From assembly GCA_964016885.1 (NCBI GenBank), contig OZ024743.1, positions 124,744,001 through 124,808,000 on the forward strand: 64,000 bases of DNA, read 5' to 3'. Position numbers and translations under genes: made by a program. The notes beneath the pieces were generated by a model. That model saw nothing but the letters and a program-made list of their open reading frames with translations. It was not told the origin of the DNA and did no database searches. Of the stretch, positions 25,996 through 40,758 are shown in pieces (positions within the stretch are counted from its first letter, which is position 1; each line of letters opens with the position of its first letter). The DNA is from Eledone cirrhosa (Eukaryota).

Positions 25996-28819
25996 GGTGG
26001 GTGTGGTGGGGAGAGTTACAGCTTACACCTAAGCAGGTTTAGCTGGTCCCTTACAAGTTTACATTGCATAGGAGGTTTCTTGGGTGTTTTAATGGTAGGG
26101 ACGTCGGTCTTATCATGGAAACAATGTGAAATAAAGTGTCTTACTAAAAAACACAATGTGCCATCCAGTCCAGGATTCAAACCCACGACCTTTGATTATG
26201 AGCCCAACACCTTAATTATGTATGGATATAACATCATCATCGTTGTTTTTACATCTATTTTTCCATACATGTGAGTTAGACAAATCTACACACACAAACA
26301 CGCACGCACACTATGAGGCTGAAGTTTCATTTAAACACAACCACCACTATTATTCTTGCCCAGGCAATATTATTTACCTTCTCTGCATTAAAATGTAAAA
26401 TAGACGTACAAACATACACACAGAGTTAAACCTTGAAATATAGTCTCTTTTGATATTCCTCCTTGTTAAACAGGGCTCATTATAAAACATTGCTTCTAAC
26501 ATACATTAAATTAGAATCCTTTCCTTCAATTTGCCTGTATATCTGACATTACCCATAGATAACATATGATTAGGTGTAAGAAAAAGGGTTTCATTAACTT
26601 TAAAATCAAATTACTTGTCGTTACAATTCCATTTAAAGCATTTGATTATATATATGTGTGTGTGTGTGTGTACATATATATACTTACACACACACAAACA
26701 AACATGCATATAGGCACACACATATATGTGTATTTATCATCATCACCACAGTTTAACATCTATTTTCCATGCTTGCATAAGTTATATATACACATACATA
26801 CATCAGCATGGAAAAGCAAATATAAAAACGACGATGATGAGGATATTCAAACAGAAAGGGAGCTAGAGAGACGTTCACATACAATGACATAACGTATGCA
26901 TCAAATATGCAGGTTTAACAGACACGCATAAATGCATGCACAAGAACATTGTTCTAAAAGATCAACTTCTTTTTTAAAAAAAAAACTTTACAAATATATT
27001 TCTACTTAATAAAACTCTGCATGGCTATAATTACATACGAGGAAAAATTATTTTGAAATCCCTTTGTTGAATCCTGGAGGTGAGGCTAAAATTTGGAAAC
27101 ACAACAAACGTGAACCTGATCAAAGGTAAGTTTTAACCAGTAATTTAAAAAAAAAAATTCTCCAATAAAAGGAAGACGTGTTAAAGATATAAGAAAGAGG
27201 AGGGATGCCAAGTTATTTTGTAAGAAGGGGATATATGATATCATGCGACAAAGAATTTAGCTGTACTTTTAAGGGTAAATAAACCTGTGATTTATCCGTC
27301 ATGTATATAGAAAGCTGCTTTGATTTTTGTTTTTTCTTTTATGGTTTAGTTAGCAAGGGAAATGCAGCACCCATGACTCATGATATTTTCATAGGAGGGA
27401 AGAAGGAAGATATCCTCAAACGAAAGACCTGGCCTGAATGCTTGTAACAGAATGGTCTCCTCTAATAGCCCTCAACATCCAGTGGGGGTTTAAGCCAGAC
27501 AATGGATTAAGTCTATAACCCATGTAGCATAGCAGGACATACTGAAAAGCATCTTGTCCAACACTTTAATAATTCTCCAAATAGACTGCTCTTGACTAGC
27601 ATTAGTACTTTATTTTATCAATACCAAAAGAGAATCAAGAGAAGTTGTCCACGGCATGATTTGAACTCTTAGTGTAGAGAATCAGAACAAATACCACAAG
27701 GCATTGTGTTCTATGCTTTAACAACTCAGTCAATTCATTGCTATATAACTGAAGGGGAAAGTACTTTGAACTATTGCATATGAGCACAATTTGGTAGTGT
27801 GTTTGAAAGTAAAGAAAGGTGTTTGTAATCAAGTCTTTACTTCTGTTGAACTAAGAACCTTCTACTTGTATCTTATCAATATGTCAAAGAAGTAGGCAGC
27901 TAAACCAAAATGATTCCAATTCTGAGAAAGTAAGTCAAGCATACAACTACAATGTGTTTCTGAAGTGAACAACAAGCATTAAAGAGGCAGGGGTAACTGT
28001 TTTCTGGTATTATAAACATGAGGAGTATATATAAGTGTTGAAACGGAGAACTATTTAATACAAAACAGCAAAGATGTGTTCTCCAAACAAGTGCTTGTAG
28101 TAGATGAAACTAAATGTTCTTAAAAGAAGAAGCAATAGCCGAGTTCACTTAAGAAACCAGGGTCAAGAGGAGGCCAGGAGAATAAGAATAGAAAAGAATA
28201 GTTATCTGTATAAAAGCAGGGAAGATTTACTTTTTAACTTTATCTTGAATTCAACTAGTAACAAAAATATGCTTTTAGATAAAATTCTTTTTTGTTTTTT
28301 TTTGTGAAAGACACCCAATTCAATCCACCCAAGTATATATTATTAGGCAGCCATTTGCACAGCCATTAGACTGTTGAATAAAATGCCTTGTGGTATTTGT
28401 TCTGGCTCCCTGAACTCTTACCTTTCATACTTTTGAGGATCGATCAACAAAGTATTGGGTGGGATGTCTTGTAGTATCTGTTGGAGCTATGTATGCTCTG
28501 TTACCTGTCACAGAAAAATTGGTGAACTGATAGGACTGAGGGCCTCTGTCATTAAAATACCAAAGAAATCCCCTATGAGGTTCAACTTTATCGAGACCAG
28601 TTAAATCTGCGCAGATGTGAGCCGAACAATAACTGTATACTTCTGGAACTTATTTCTATCAATATAAGTGAACTCTAGCATAGTTTGAACTGAATGTAGA
28701 ATTACAAGAGTAAACATACAAATACCACAATGTTTATGCAATGTTAATACACAAACCATTATTCCCTGTAACCAACTTGAGGTTTTAACAATCAATAATT
28801 TAATGGTTTTAGAATGCTG

Positions 28820-29015
28820 GTCATGATCACCATCATTTTATGTCTGTTTTTCCATAAATTGCATGGATTGGATGGGTTCTTTTCAACACAGCATTTTTCT
28901 ATCTCGCCACATTCCTTCATCATCTTATCTCTGAGTTTCAGCAATTTGAGATTAGCTCTCACCACCTCTGCCCAGGTCTTCCTTGGTCTACTTCTACTGT
29001 AGCTTCCCTCCACTG
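28820..29015 (-). mobile_element. RTE LINE 3' terminal fragment
   Basis: EGSYSRSRPRKTWAEVVRANLK followed by the same tail family as 25718-25865. Confidence 0.75.
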
Positions 29016-29649
29016 AGATTTCCTGACACTTCTTTATTTTCAGGGAGCACCGAAAAATGCTTCAGCCCCCAACAAATGGAGTATGACCCCTACATCTGTG
29101 GCTCTAGAGACATTCTAGACCACATCAACAACAACAAAAAAGGCCACGTAGCTGATTAGTATGAAGTTGCTCACTAATGCCCACAGATGTGCTGTTTCCT
29201 CTCTTACACTGCTTCTTTTATAGCTAATACTATGACTTCTGTTCCTTGGAGCTAGCTGGTCTTCTGCTTTCTCCAGTCAGACACGCTTTACCTCAGGCTT
29301 GAAAGTGTCCCTTGTTATCCCATGTGAAGGATGATGCAGTATGGATGACTTTACTGTTTCTAGCCTTATTGCAGTGCTTTGGTCTCATCTACGCCAGTCA
29401 CCAATTTGGTACTATTCTCAGACCAACGAAGACTAGGCTTTTTTAGAGGTGGCTATTACTCAGCTCATTATAGCTACATCACAGGGTTGTGAGGGTTTTC
29501 TTGGGAGCTAAGTGTCACACATTTCTCCATCTCCCCTAGTAGTTTACTGCTGTTAGTCAGGGGTTGCTTATTCATCTGGCAAGAGTCAGCTTGAATCGTA
29601 ACTAACCATCATATCTGCTGGCCATATCACTATCCGCCACCTGCAACCC

Positions 29650-30810
29650 ATTTTCTGCCTTAAATAGAGAAGGTACTTTCTCGCTGACTTGTGTGTGCTG
29701 AGTAGCCTGGATCTCTGGAAAGAGACGTAGCCAATGGCAATTGGGAGTGATAATCCCAATTTTCAAAAAGGGAGACAAGGGAGATTGCTCTAATTATAGC
29801 AGGATCACCTTGTTAAGCCTCTCTGGTAAAGTTTATGCTATGTCTCTGACAAAGCTAGCTGGCAAACAGTGTGGTTTTCACCCCAGATACAGCACAGCCA
29901 ACCAAATATTCACACAGTGGCAGGTCTTTGAGAAATTGTTGGAATGCTGCTAAGACATGTATTCTTGCTTTGTAGACCTCAAAAAGGCATATGACAACAT
30001 TCCATAGGACCTGTTGTGGAAGGCTCTGCAGATGTATGGGATCAATGGACAGCTTGTTGTTGCTCTGATGTCGCCATAAGAATGACCTAGTATTTGTGTT
30101 CGGATAAATGGTGCTAAATGGAAACCATTTAATGTGAGTATCGGATTCTGCAAAGGGTGCTTACTGTCACCTCTCCTGTTCATAATCTTCATAGACAGGA
30201 TTGACATGTGCAGCCAGTATCAAAACTAGCAGGTGTAGAATCAGTCAACTGGAATTTGTGGCCGACATGGTACTACTTAACTCTTCAGAAGGTGATCTCC
30301 AATGTACACTTGAGAGATTTACTGCCGAGTGCTGCACAGCAGGAATGAAAATCAGTACTGCAAAGACTAAGACACTCGACTTCTCAAGGAAGGCTGTGCA
30401 GTGCATTCTACATGTTAATGGTGTTCCACTGAAGCAGGTGGAAAAGTTCAAATACCTCAGGGTAAGGCTGGAGGCTGAATTAAATGCGAGAATTGCAGGT
30501 GCTGGTGCATTACTGCACCAGCTTCAGTATTCGGTCATCAGGAGCAGGGAGGTAAATGTAAAAGCCAAACTTGTTATCTTCAATGGTCATGAATCAAGGG
30601 TAATAATGAACATAAGATTACGATCGCAAATACAAACAGCCAAAATAGGGTTCCCCCGAAGGGACTCTGGAGTAATGTTACTCAATAGAGTGCGCAGCTT
30701 GGAGATCAGACGGTCACTCCAAGTAGAGCCACTAATTCTCTGAATTGAGAGATCACAACTCCTATATTATGAACATGTGGTTAGAAAGTCCCAGGAAAGA
30801 ATTGGTTCTG
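29650..30810 (+). pseudogene. Degenerate RTE-clade LINE reverse transcriptase
   Basis: GVIIPIFKKGD..CSNY..ITLLSLSGKVYA, QCGF, CFVDLKKAYD, GCLLSPLLF, decayed FADD (FVADMVLL), VEKFKYL; several stops and deletions. Confidence 0.9.
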
Positions 30811-30867
30811 ACAGGACTCTGAACCCACAATCTCCCTGGAATAAGAGTGCGAAGAAGAAGAAAAAAA

Positions 30868-30902
<35 letters not shown>

Positions 30903-32546
30903 ATACTTCTATAAAACTGATAAACCACTATAATCCTTAACTTTTTTATGACTACATTTTTAATAAAATACTGTCCACGAATTTTGATGGATTCCTAAGA
31001 TAATCAAGAATTTGAAGGAACTTTGCCAAATAACTAACCTCTATATTATTAAGTTCGGAACAGGAACATAACAAAAGGTTCATACATAAAATCATGATGG
31101 AAGGTTCGTATTTAGATGTGATTACATTAAAACAGATTGTTTTGTGTCATTGAACAAAGAGCAACGTTTTGTGGGTTGGTATTTTAAAGGGTTATGTTAA
31201 TCAATCAGTTTCAAATTTTTTTAGGGGGATATACTGAACCAGGGATCGGCAAATGTTTTTTAAATGATTTTATGCCTTGCAGGGCAAGGCAAATAGAAAG
31301 AAAATGATAAACAAACAGCTTGTTTGTCAAGTACTTTAAAGTTTTTGAAGTGTTTAACATAAAATAAAACAAATATTTTGCATTGGTGAGTAACCAAAAG
31401 AGAAAGTGTTTTTTAATTCTATAACATTGCTTAATTATTCTTGTAAAAAATATTTCTTTTGCTAAGCCACAATAGGCTATATATGCATTAAAGCAGTGAA
31501 AATAACACAATACCAGAGTTAAAACAAGAGAAGAGCAGAGGAAATAAATTAATAACAACCTCAATTGGTGTTATTTAAAGTTGTTCATGATAAACATTCT
31601 GGTCTCAATATATAATGTCACAAAGGAAATACATTTATGGTGTCATGCATGTAAAATTATATTTGTAAGTGGCAGGACAGCTATCAACAAATGTTCACCA
31701 ATAGGTTTTAGCATTTTCAGTAGTTAATATAGCACCCAGTCCACCCTGTGCAGTGGCAGTGCTGGGGCCAAAACAACAAAAAGCACCTAGTCTAGCCTGT
31801 AAAGTGGTTGTGTTGGTGCCATGACAAAACAGCAACTAGTCCAGTCTGTAAAGTGGTAGTGGTGGTGCCACAAAAAACCTCCCAGTGCATGCATGATGTA
31901 AAGTGATTAGAGTTAGGAAGGGTATCCATATATGCATGATGTGATCACTTGACTTGGCTAGCCTCATAAAGTGACAACCCATCTAACCTATGCAAGCATG
32001 GAAAATATATGTCATACAGTGATGATAATATATAACAATTTCGTAGCCTAGCAGCCAGACAAAAAAGGTTCAATGAAGTTTGCAGGCCAGTTAATCCTTG
32101 ATCTAAACTGCAAGTGAAAGTACAAATAACATTATGAAATGAATAGCAACTCTGAGTACCTGCAAACACACACACACACACATTAATATAAGATGCTGCT
32201 CGTTATTATAGAAACTACTAATGATAGAAACTACTATGATAGCAGCAGCTTGATGATGTTTGTCACCCCATACCAGTAATTGGTGTAGGTTGGTTGTTGT
32301 TTTTGTAGGGAAGATTAAAATATGATTTTGTAGGACATATAGGACTTTTCTTTTTCTTTGTATATATAGTTCTGATGAGTGGGATGAAATGTAGGTTTAT
32401 GGATTACATTTGGTTGAGTTCACAGGTTAGATTTGGCTTGTATTTACATTCAAGTTAAGGCATTTGATGGTCTTAGTTATGTACATCTAGTAGGCACCTC
32501 TTAACCACTATACCCCCACCCAACCACTTCTGTCTACACCACCCTA

Positions 32547-32920
32547 ACACTGTAAAGAAAAAGCACCCAGCCCACACTGTAAAGTGGTCGTGTAGGTGTC
32601 ATGACAAAAAGCACCCACTCCATACTGTAAAGTGGTCATGTAGGAGTCATGACAAAAAGCACCGAGCCTACACTGTAAAGAGGTTGTGTAGGTGTCACAA
32701 GAAAAAGCACCCAGCCCACACTGTAAAGTGGTCGTGTAGGTGTCATGACAAAAAGCACCCACTCCACACTGTAAAGTGGTCATGTAAGAGTCATGACTAA
32801 AAGCACCGAGCCTACACTGTAAAGAGGTTGTGTAGGTGTCACAAGAAAAAGCACCCAGACCACACTGTAAAGTGATAGTGTAGGGGTCACAACAAAAAGC
32901 ACCGAGTACACACTGTAAAT
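32547..32920 (+). repeat. 48-bp tandem array within a SINE-like element, with a 144-bp higher-order duplication
   Basis: ctgtaaa recurs at 32577, 32625, 32673, 32721, 32769, 32817, 32865 and 32913; unit variants run in the order A-B-C-A-B-C. Confidence 0.95.
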
Positions 32921-33530
32921 GTGGTTGGCGTTAGGAAAGGCATCCAGCTGTAGAAACCTAACCAGAAACAGTTCTATATGAGCAAGACGCAGTCACCTGA
33001 CCAAACTTGCCTCTAATGGGACAACCTGTCTAACCCATGCTAGCATGGAAAATGGATGTTAAATGATGATGACGATGATGATATATATATCATCATCGTC
33101 ATCATCATTTAACGTCTATTTTTCCATGCTAGCATGGGTTAGATGGGTCGTCCACGTTATGATACAAGTCTGGCCAGTTGGCTGCACTGTACCTTGCTCA
33201 AACGGATCTGTATTTTGGGTGGGGTTTTTACAGCTGGATGCCCTTCCTAAAACCTACCATGTTTGCAGTGTAGAACTAGGCAGTCTCATTATGATACAAG
33301 GCTAACCAATTGGCTGTGCTGTACCCTGCTCATAGCGGAACCATATTTTGAGAACTGGGTGGTTCCGTTATGATGAGGTCTGGCCAGTACCTTGCACATA
33401 TTGGGACTTTGTGTTGACAGGGTTTTTATAGCTGTTGGATGCCCTTCCTAACACCAACCACGTTTACAGTATGGAACTGGGTGGCACTGTTATGAGACAA
33501 ATCTGACCAATTGGCTGCGCTGTACTTTGT
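32921..33530. mobile_element. Two SINE-like elements with RTE-type (GAT)n tails arranged tail to tail
   Basis: gtggttggcgttaggaa.ggcatccagctgtagaaac body and aacccatgctagcatggaaaa tail on +, mirrored on - from 33090. Related copies at ~286-443, ~1050-1197, 55588 and 56175. Confidence 0.75.
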
Positions 33531-33550
33531 TCATACACCAAACCACAATA

Positions 33551-33583
<33 letters not shown>

Positions 33584-33585
<2 letters not shown>

Positions 33586-33890
33586 GTGTACCCCCGGCAT
33601 TCGTGGTCCTGGTTGTTTGCATAATTTCCCTTAGAAATTAACTAATAAATATTCGCGGAATTGTAAATATCCTCCGCGATCTTTTTAATGGCCTTTTTCG
33701 TGGCAATATATATTTTTTAAAGCTAAATTATTAATAACAATATACCGTATTTGCCAACCTATTGGATGCTCCTTCGCATAATTATATTTTGATGTTTATA
33801 GGCATTTATATGGACCACGTCCAATATTCATTGTTTTTCACTCTTCGCAGATGCTCTAGGGACGTAACCCCCGCAAATACTGGGGGACTA

Positions 33891-33893
<3 letters not shown>
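33584..33893. mobile_element. Tc1/mariner-pogo (Tigger-like) MITE in a (TA)n site
   Basis: Imperfect TIRs tagtgtacccccggcattcgtgg / ccgcaaatactgggggactactg (reverse complement cagtagtcccccagtatttgcgg); TA repeats on both sides. Confidence 0.7.
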
Positions 33894-33946
<53 letters not shown>

Positions 33947-34252
33947 TGTATGAAATAGAGACTTATGACATGAAGCCGTAAAAAAAAAGTTAAGGGATCT
34001 ACCACAATTGCAATAAACTTTAGATGTGCCGACTGTAATGAAAATGATGGTGAAAACAAATGGAATGTTATTTTAAAATATATGTTACCCAGGTGATCAG
34101 GCATCAAATGATGCCTGCAAACTTAAGATACAGGTGATATGGTCAAAGGGAGAGAATGAATACTTGAAAGTAAATGAAAACATTGATATTATGTAACGAT
34201 GGACATCTCTACAGGTGGCACATAGTATACTGCTACTCATTATTTTTAAAAA

Positions 34253-34505
34253 GGTTAACTTTGCCTTTCATCCTTACGAGGTCGATAAAATAAAGTACCA
34301 GTAATGTACTGGGTAATTGCTGGCCTTGTGCCGAAAGTAGAAACAATTATTTTTAAATGATCTGAGTTCAAATCCCGCCGAGGTTAACTTTGCCTTTCAT
34401 CCTTACAGGGTCGATAAAATAAAGTACCAGTCACACACTGGGGTCGATTTAATCGACTTTCCTCTCCCCCAGAATTGCTGGCCTTGTGCCTATATAAGAA
34501 ACCAT
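34253..34505 (+). mobile_element. Two tandem 5'-truncated tRNA-derived SINEs
   Basis: aggttaactttgcctttcatccttac..ggtcgataaaataaagtaccag occurs twice; attattttta borders each copy. Confidence 0.85.
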
Positions 34506-36921
34506 TATTTTTAATACAACATAACCAATCAAAGAATAAAATATACACTGCCTTCTTTCCTCACTCTCCATACCACCACCCCAATATCACTGCTTCCTTC
34601 ATCATTTACATACCCACAGCCCAAGGGACACCCCCAGTTGGCTTCTCCTACCTCTCTCTCTCTTAAAAGAAGGCCAAGAAATAGTATCATTAGATTCTTC
34701 ACTCTTCATGGCAACTGAATTTAATTCTTCTATGGACTTCTCTATAAACTAATTATTGCCATTGCAAATGCCACAAAGCAGTGAATAAGCAGAGCTGTTA
34801 GAGTATCAGATTAAATGCTTTGTGGTATTTGTTCCGGTTTACTATGCTCTGCATTTAAATCCTACAGTACAGAGGTAAACTTTACTTTCCATCCTTTTGA
34901 GATGGATAAATAATGTACCAGTCCAAGATGGAATTGCTTGAGCATCAGACAAGATGCCTTGCAGTATTTGTTCTGGGTCTGTGCATTTTGAGTTCAAATC
35001 CTGCCTCTTGTCACTAAAAGAATAGGGACATACATGATAGGACTTAACTTCATACATAGAAGGATGGCTAAACCTATCATTAATTTTCTTGGGTTAGAGA
35101 TAAACTTTAAACATAAGGTAGCTGGGGACCCCACTCCCCAAATGACTTTTAATTGAGCAGCCAGGTTACATAGAAGTAGCCCTAATAACATTTGGTCTTC
35201 ATGGGACATAGATAACATGTAACTGTTAGTCTTCACATATCCTTCTAGATTGACCTGGTTCTTCTCTGGGACTTGTGAACCTGGCATACAATGCACAATA
35301 CAACAGAGGGGATTTATAAATAATATTGTAGTTACTGTATTGACAACAATGAAAATGATAATGGTAATAACGATGATGCATTGAAATCTTGCATTATATA
35401 ATAAGTAAGACAAACACAACCTTTATATAGAAAGCTAAAGTGAAAAATCAAAGAATGAAATTAAAAGTTTTTTAAGTAAATACATTGCAGACGTAAATTA
35501 AACTATGTAATAACAACCCAAATGTTCAGTTGGTGTCTCCATAATGATACAATCATCATCATCATCATTTTACATCTATTTTCCATACTGGCATGGGTTG
35601 GAGGAGTTGCTACAGTCTGTAACTAGACAAGTCAGACAGACATCATCTTGCTCATGCATTCCATTTTTTATAGTGTACTGGGTGCAGTTTATTGTGGAAT
35701 CAGCAGTAACATTTTACAGAGTGTACTGGGTGCATTTTACCCATCATATTTTGCTTATATTTCCACATGATCCCTTCATTCCAAGGTAACACTAACAAAT
35801 TACTACTCTTTTATTTATCAATGCCCTTAACGAAGAACATCTGCAAATTACTAATTCTTAATTTTCATCTGTGCTGTCTTCACAGATGCTCAGTTTCTCC
35901 CGAAGGGGAAAAAAACACTTCAGATTACCTTTCAAAATATTCAAATATCTCATCCACTTGTGTACTATGCACAAATTAAGGAAGGTGCATTCACTACACA
36001 CATTTTGAATTACATCTAAGTAAAAATAGTCTAGCTGATAAACAACATTTTACTCATCAACAAACCTCAAATACTGTCTTATTATTGAAAACAGCATCCT
36101 CATTATGTCTCTTCTACACAAATGTTTTTTCTGTTTAGTCTGGGAGCTTCACTAACTAACGGAGTGGATTCTGCTAAATACATTGAAGGTCCAGATGGTG
36201 ATGTTAAGCTGGGTAACCACAGTAACATTTGAACACAGAATTTATACAGCAAGAACAAATACTGCAATGCATCAGTTCTGAAACCCTAAGAATTCTGTGA
36301 ATTCACTACCCTGGACAGGTACTTTATTTTATCAACCCTTGAATAGATGAATGGCAAAAACTGACCTTGGCAGGATTTAAATTAAGAGAGTAGAGAGCCA
36401 GACTAGGCATTAACTAAACTAACAACTATGACAATCCGCCAGTGATTTTCTAAACTTTGCAGTAAACGACCTCCATTTAAACACATTTCTCACCCTATGA
36501 CCTACACTACAATCTCTTACATAAGCCATCAGCAAAATGTTTACTACATGATCATGTAGTAAACATTTTGCCCAAGGCTTCTTTCACATTTTCCTTCCAG
36601 CTACAACTTTTAGAAGTTCAAACTGAACTTTAACTAACTGCATTAACAAGAAAAACCTACAATTAACATAAATATAGTACATCCGCCTTAGATTACTGAA
36701 TAACAAAATTAATAAAAATGAAGACTGTTAGATGGTTGGGTGGCATGGTAATGAACTTAAAACTGCAAGCTGCTGATGATCCAAACATATATTTTCACTG
36801 TTACTTAATCAAATCTAATTTGCAGATACTTTTTAAACTAACAACTAAACCAACTATAGGACTCATTATTTGGTTATTTAAAATGTAAGAACATAATATG
36901 AACTAGACAGCTTATTCTTAA

Positions 36922-36981
<60 letters not shown>

Positions 36982-37145
36982 TTTCTAATATTTTTGCATG
37001 AAACCCTACTCTGTTTATATAAATTAATGTTATTTTTAATGGGTTGATGAATCAATGTCAACAGATATTGCATAAGACTTCCACTGAAATTGACCCAGTC
37101 AACAATTTTGTTCTAAACTCTAATACATATATATACATATGTATA

Positions 37146-37193
<48 letters not shown>

Positions 37194-37597
37194 TATCTAT
37201 ATATATACAAATCTATCTATCTATATATATATATACATAAAATATATATATATATATATGTAAAGAAATTTACCATATATATATGTGTGTGTGTATATAT
37301 ATATATATCACCATCATCATCATCATTTTACGTCCACCTTTCCTTGCTTGCAATATATATATATATATATATATAAACACACACATATATATACATGGAT
37401 ATATATATATATATATATATATTACATGTATATATACACACACATATTACATACATAAATAAATATAGATACACACATTCATATATGTGTATATATGTTT
37501 ATACACACACACACATATATATATTTATGTTTACATACACATGTACAGTTTATATATATACATATATACATACATAAACATTATATACACCACACGT

Positions 37598-37657
<60 letters not shown>

Positions 37658-40578
37658 GACTAATAGAAAACAGCAGTAAATTCTAAATAAAACAATTTCC
37701 CCGCCACCACATGCACCACTAAAATAATCTCCTAATTAAGATGACTGTATGACTGCAATTGAAAACTAAGTGGAGTAACACACCCAATTCCTTTGCTCTT
37801 TTACAACCAACTAGAATGATCCAGCAGATAAATATACTGAAGCAGGTTGTATGTGAATGCTGATATGCTAGAAATAGCAGCGAAACTTTCTTCAAATCAC
37901 ACCATACCATCTTGGAAAAAAATAAGAAAACATTGAATAATCTTGTCTGGAGTACACGATGTATGGTAAAAAAAAAAGACGGGATAATCGTTACTGGAAT
38001 ACTCTTTGATCATAGGCTCATGTTAATAAGGGCTTTCCTAGGGTTGAACAAAAACAACTAAAGTAGCAAAACACTCCTTTGCAGTACAGTTCATTCACTA
38101 CAGAATTATGTGAGGAAAATGTGCCAAACACCAGCAACTATCTCTCTATCTCTCGTCTATCTTACACACACACAGGCATAGAACATAGAGATAGTTATAG
38201 TTGTTATTCTACCTGGTGAGGGATCAAAGATGTGATCCCCAGCAAAACATAATTAAAGATGAATGGCTCAGACTACGTAGTTGTAATTAGGTACCCAATG
38301 GAAGTACCACTCACTGTTGTAAGTAGCAAAAACATTATATAATTAATGTATGCAAGCTCTTAAGTTTAAAGTGTAGAAATAAAATCAACTTACATGCTTA
38401 GCTGAAACATAGGCATAGACATGGCTGTATGGTTAAGAAATTTGCTTCACAACAAAATGACTTTGAGTTCAATCCCATTGTGTGATGCCTTGGGCAAGTG
38501 TCTTCTTCTATAGCCTTGTGCTAACCAATGCTCTGTGAGTGAAATTTGGTAGACAGAAAATATACAAATGCACTGCCCCCTCACTGGCCATCATGACCCT
38601 TCAGTTATGTCAAGTACATGACAACCTCTCTAGTGTTGATGATCTACACAAAAAACACACCCAGTACACATTTTAGAGTTGGTGGTGATGGGAAGAGCAT
38701 CCAGCCATGGAAAGCTTGGCAAGCAAAGGGTTGGGAGGATCTGTAGTTGAGTCAAAAACATGACAACCTCCCTAGTGCTGGTGCCACAATAAAATGCACT
38801 TGGTAAAACATTGTACCATATGTAAGTGAGATGCTGACCCCTGGCCTCTCTAAGAGGTCAACAGTCCCACTTCAGTATTGACTTAGTTTATGAAGACCTG
38901 CCCAACCCTTGCTAGCAGAGAATGATGATGATGATGATATATACATAATCATCATCCTCACCACCATCCTCATTTAGTATGCGTAGAGGATTATCTCCAT
39001 CTATGTTTTCACCTTAACACAGGTCAAACATTTGTCTATGTCCCCATGTAAACAATATTTCCCACAGCTTTGAAGATTGATCAGTAAAAAACAAAAATGT
39101 ACCTTACTTAAAATTCCCTCCAAATCCCATCCTATTCCCTTATATAAATGACAATAGATAATGCAGTCCAACAAACTAAAAAGGAGGGATGGTCACAGAT
39201 CTGTGTCAATCATAATGTCTGAATAGGTCAAAAGAACAATCATATATATATATATCATGAAAAGCCAAGATGAAAAAATTATAATATTTTATTCTTCTAA
39301 CACATTTCTACAAAAATGAGCAGAAAAATATAAAAGAAAAAAACAATATGTTGAAAAACCTTGCTTAAGCTTCATTATTCATAAATAGATGCATCGATAT
39401 ATTATAATCTGAGCACTAACTCGAGGAATTAGATATTAATTATACTCTTGCTTGTATCATCAGAAAATTTATAAAATATTTAAAGATGCCATGTCCTTAT
39501 ATTACAACAATAACATGGTGAAATGAAAAATAATATACCTCTATTAATAATTGTTAAAAAGGCTAAGTTTTAAATGACATCACTGTATTTCCCTTAGAAA
39601 GGGAAAAATAGAAAGAATATGATGTGAAAGGCAATATATTAGAGTGAAAACATCTATATGATACCTACTAAGAAATACCAAATATAAAAATTATTTAAAA
39701 GTTGGAATAGGCAATTTACCCGGCCCCGACAAAATAGACAAACATGCTTTTAAGCTTATTTTACTGGTAAACCCTAAAAGGACACAATTCTAGCTGGGGT
39801 CCCAGAAGCTTATTTTATCACTAAATAATAAATAGTGTTTTAGAACCTGGGTAGTGCCTACTATCTTTAACCCAGGTCGTGACTTTCTGCTAAAATTCTT
39901 AATTTTGAAAATATTTGATTCTAAGATTCTTAAGCCATGGAACTCAGTAGATGTGTGTGTATGTAACTAAAGCGTAACATAAGTTACAAATGGACTAAAC
40001 ACAAGCAGAATTATAATAAAATGATGACTAAATGATTTGAACTTGATTTTTAACAATTGATGGTAGAAAAGATTTCAAATTGTCTTAACAATAACCTGAG
40101 AGTCTATTTTACCGGGACTGGCTACATAGCCTCTTCCTTAAAAGTTAATAAATAGATATAATATTAACATTATACATAGAGATATTAAACACATAATATA
40201 ATAAATATTGAAGTAAAAATAGAAATGACAAGTGTTATATATATTTATAATTGTTTCTACTTTAGGCACAAGGCCACCAATTACCCAGTGCATTACTGGT
40301 AAATATTTGTAAACAATATATGGAACATCAACAGTAATAACACAAGTTACTGAAATACAGTAAACAATAATTCAAGACTAATTAATATTCATATCTGTGA
40401 TGAGATGGTATGACTTATATTGCTGATTGTGGCTGGAGACTATATCGGTATAACATATATGTTTATGTATAATAAACATAAATCTGAATGTTTTATGCTG
40501 TGAACATGTCACACTATCTCAGTAGCCTTATGAGAATGCCAGACACTAATATTTCAGGATTTTAATATCCATCATAAG

Positions 40579-40758
40579 CAGGGCCTCTAAGAGAAATCTT
40601 GTAAGGTGGTACAAGACCCATTTGGGGCCTGAAGCAGGCAAAGATTTTTCTCAAAATGGATGTTGCATGGTTGCTACGGGGCCTTCATAGCTCTTGGGCC
40701 CCGGAACAAAGTATCGGCTGGACCCCCCCCCCCCTCCCCCCACCTCTCATAGACCCTG
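40579..40758. mobile_element. hAT-superfamily MITE
   Basis: 8-bp TSD ATCATAAG (40571-40578 and 40759-40766); imperfect 15-bp TIRs cagggcctctaagag / ctctcatagaccctg. Confidence 0.85.
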
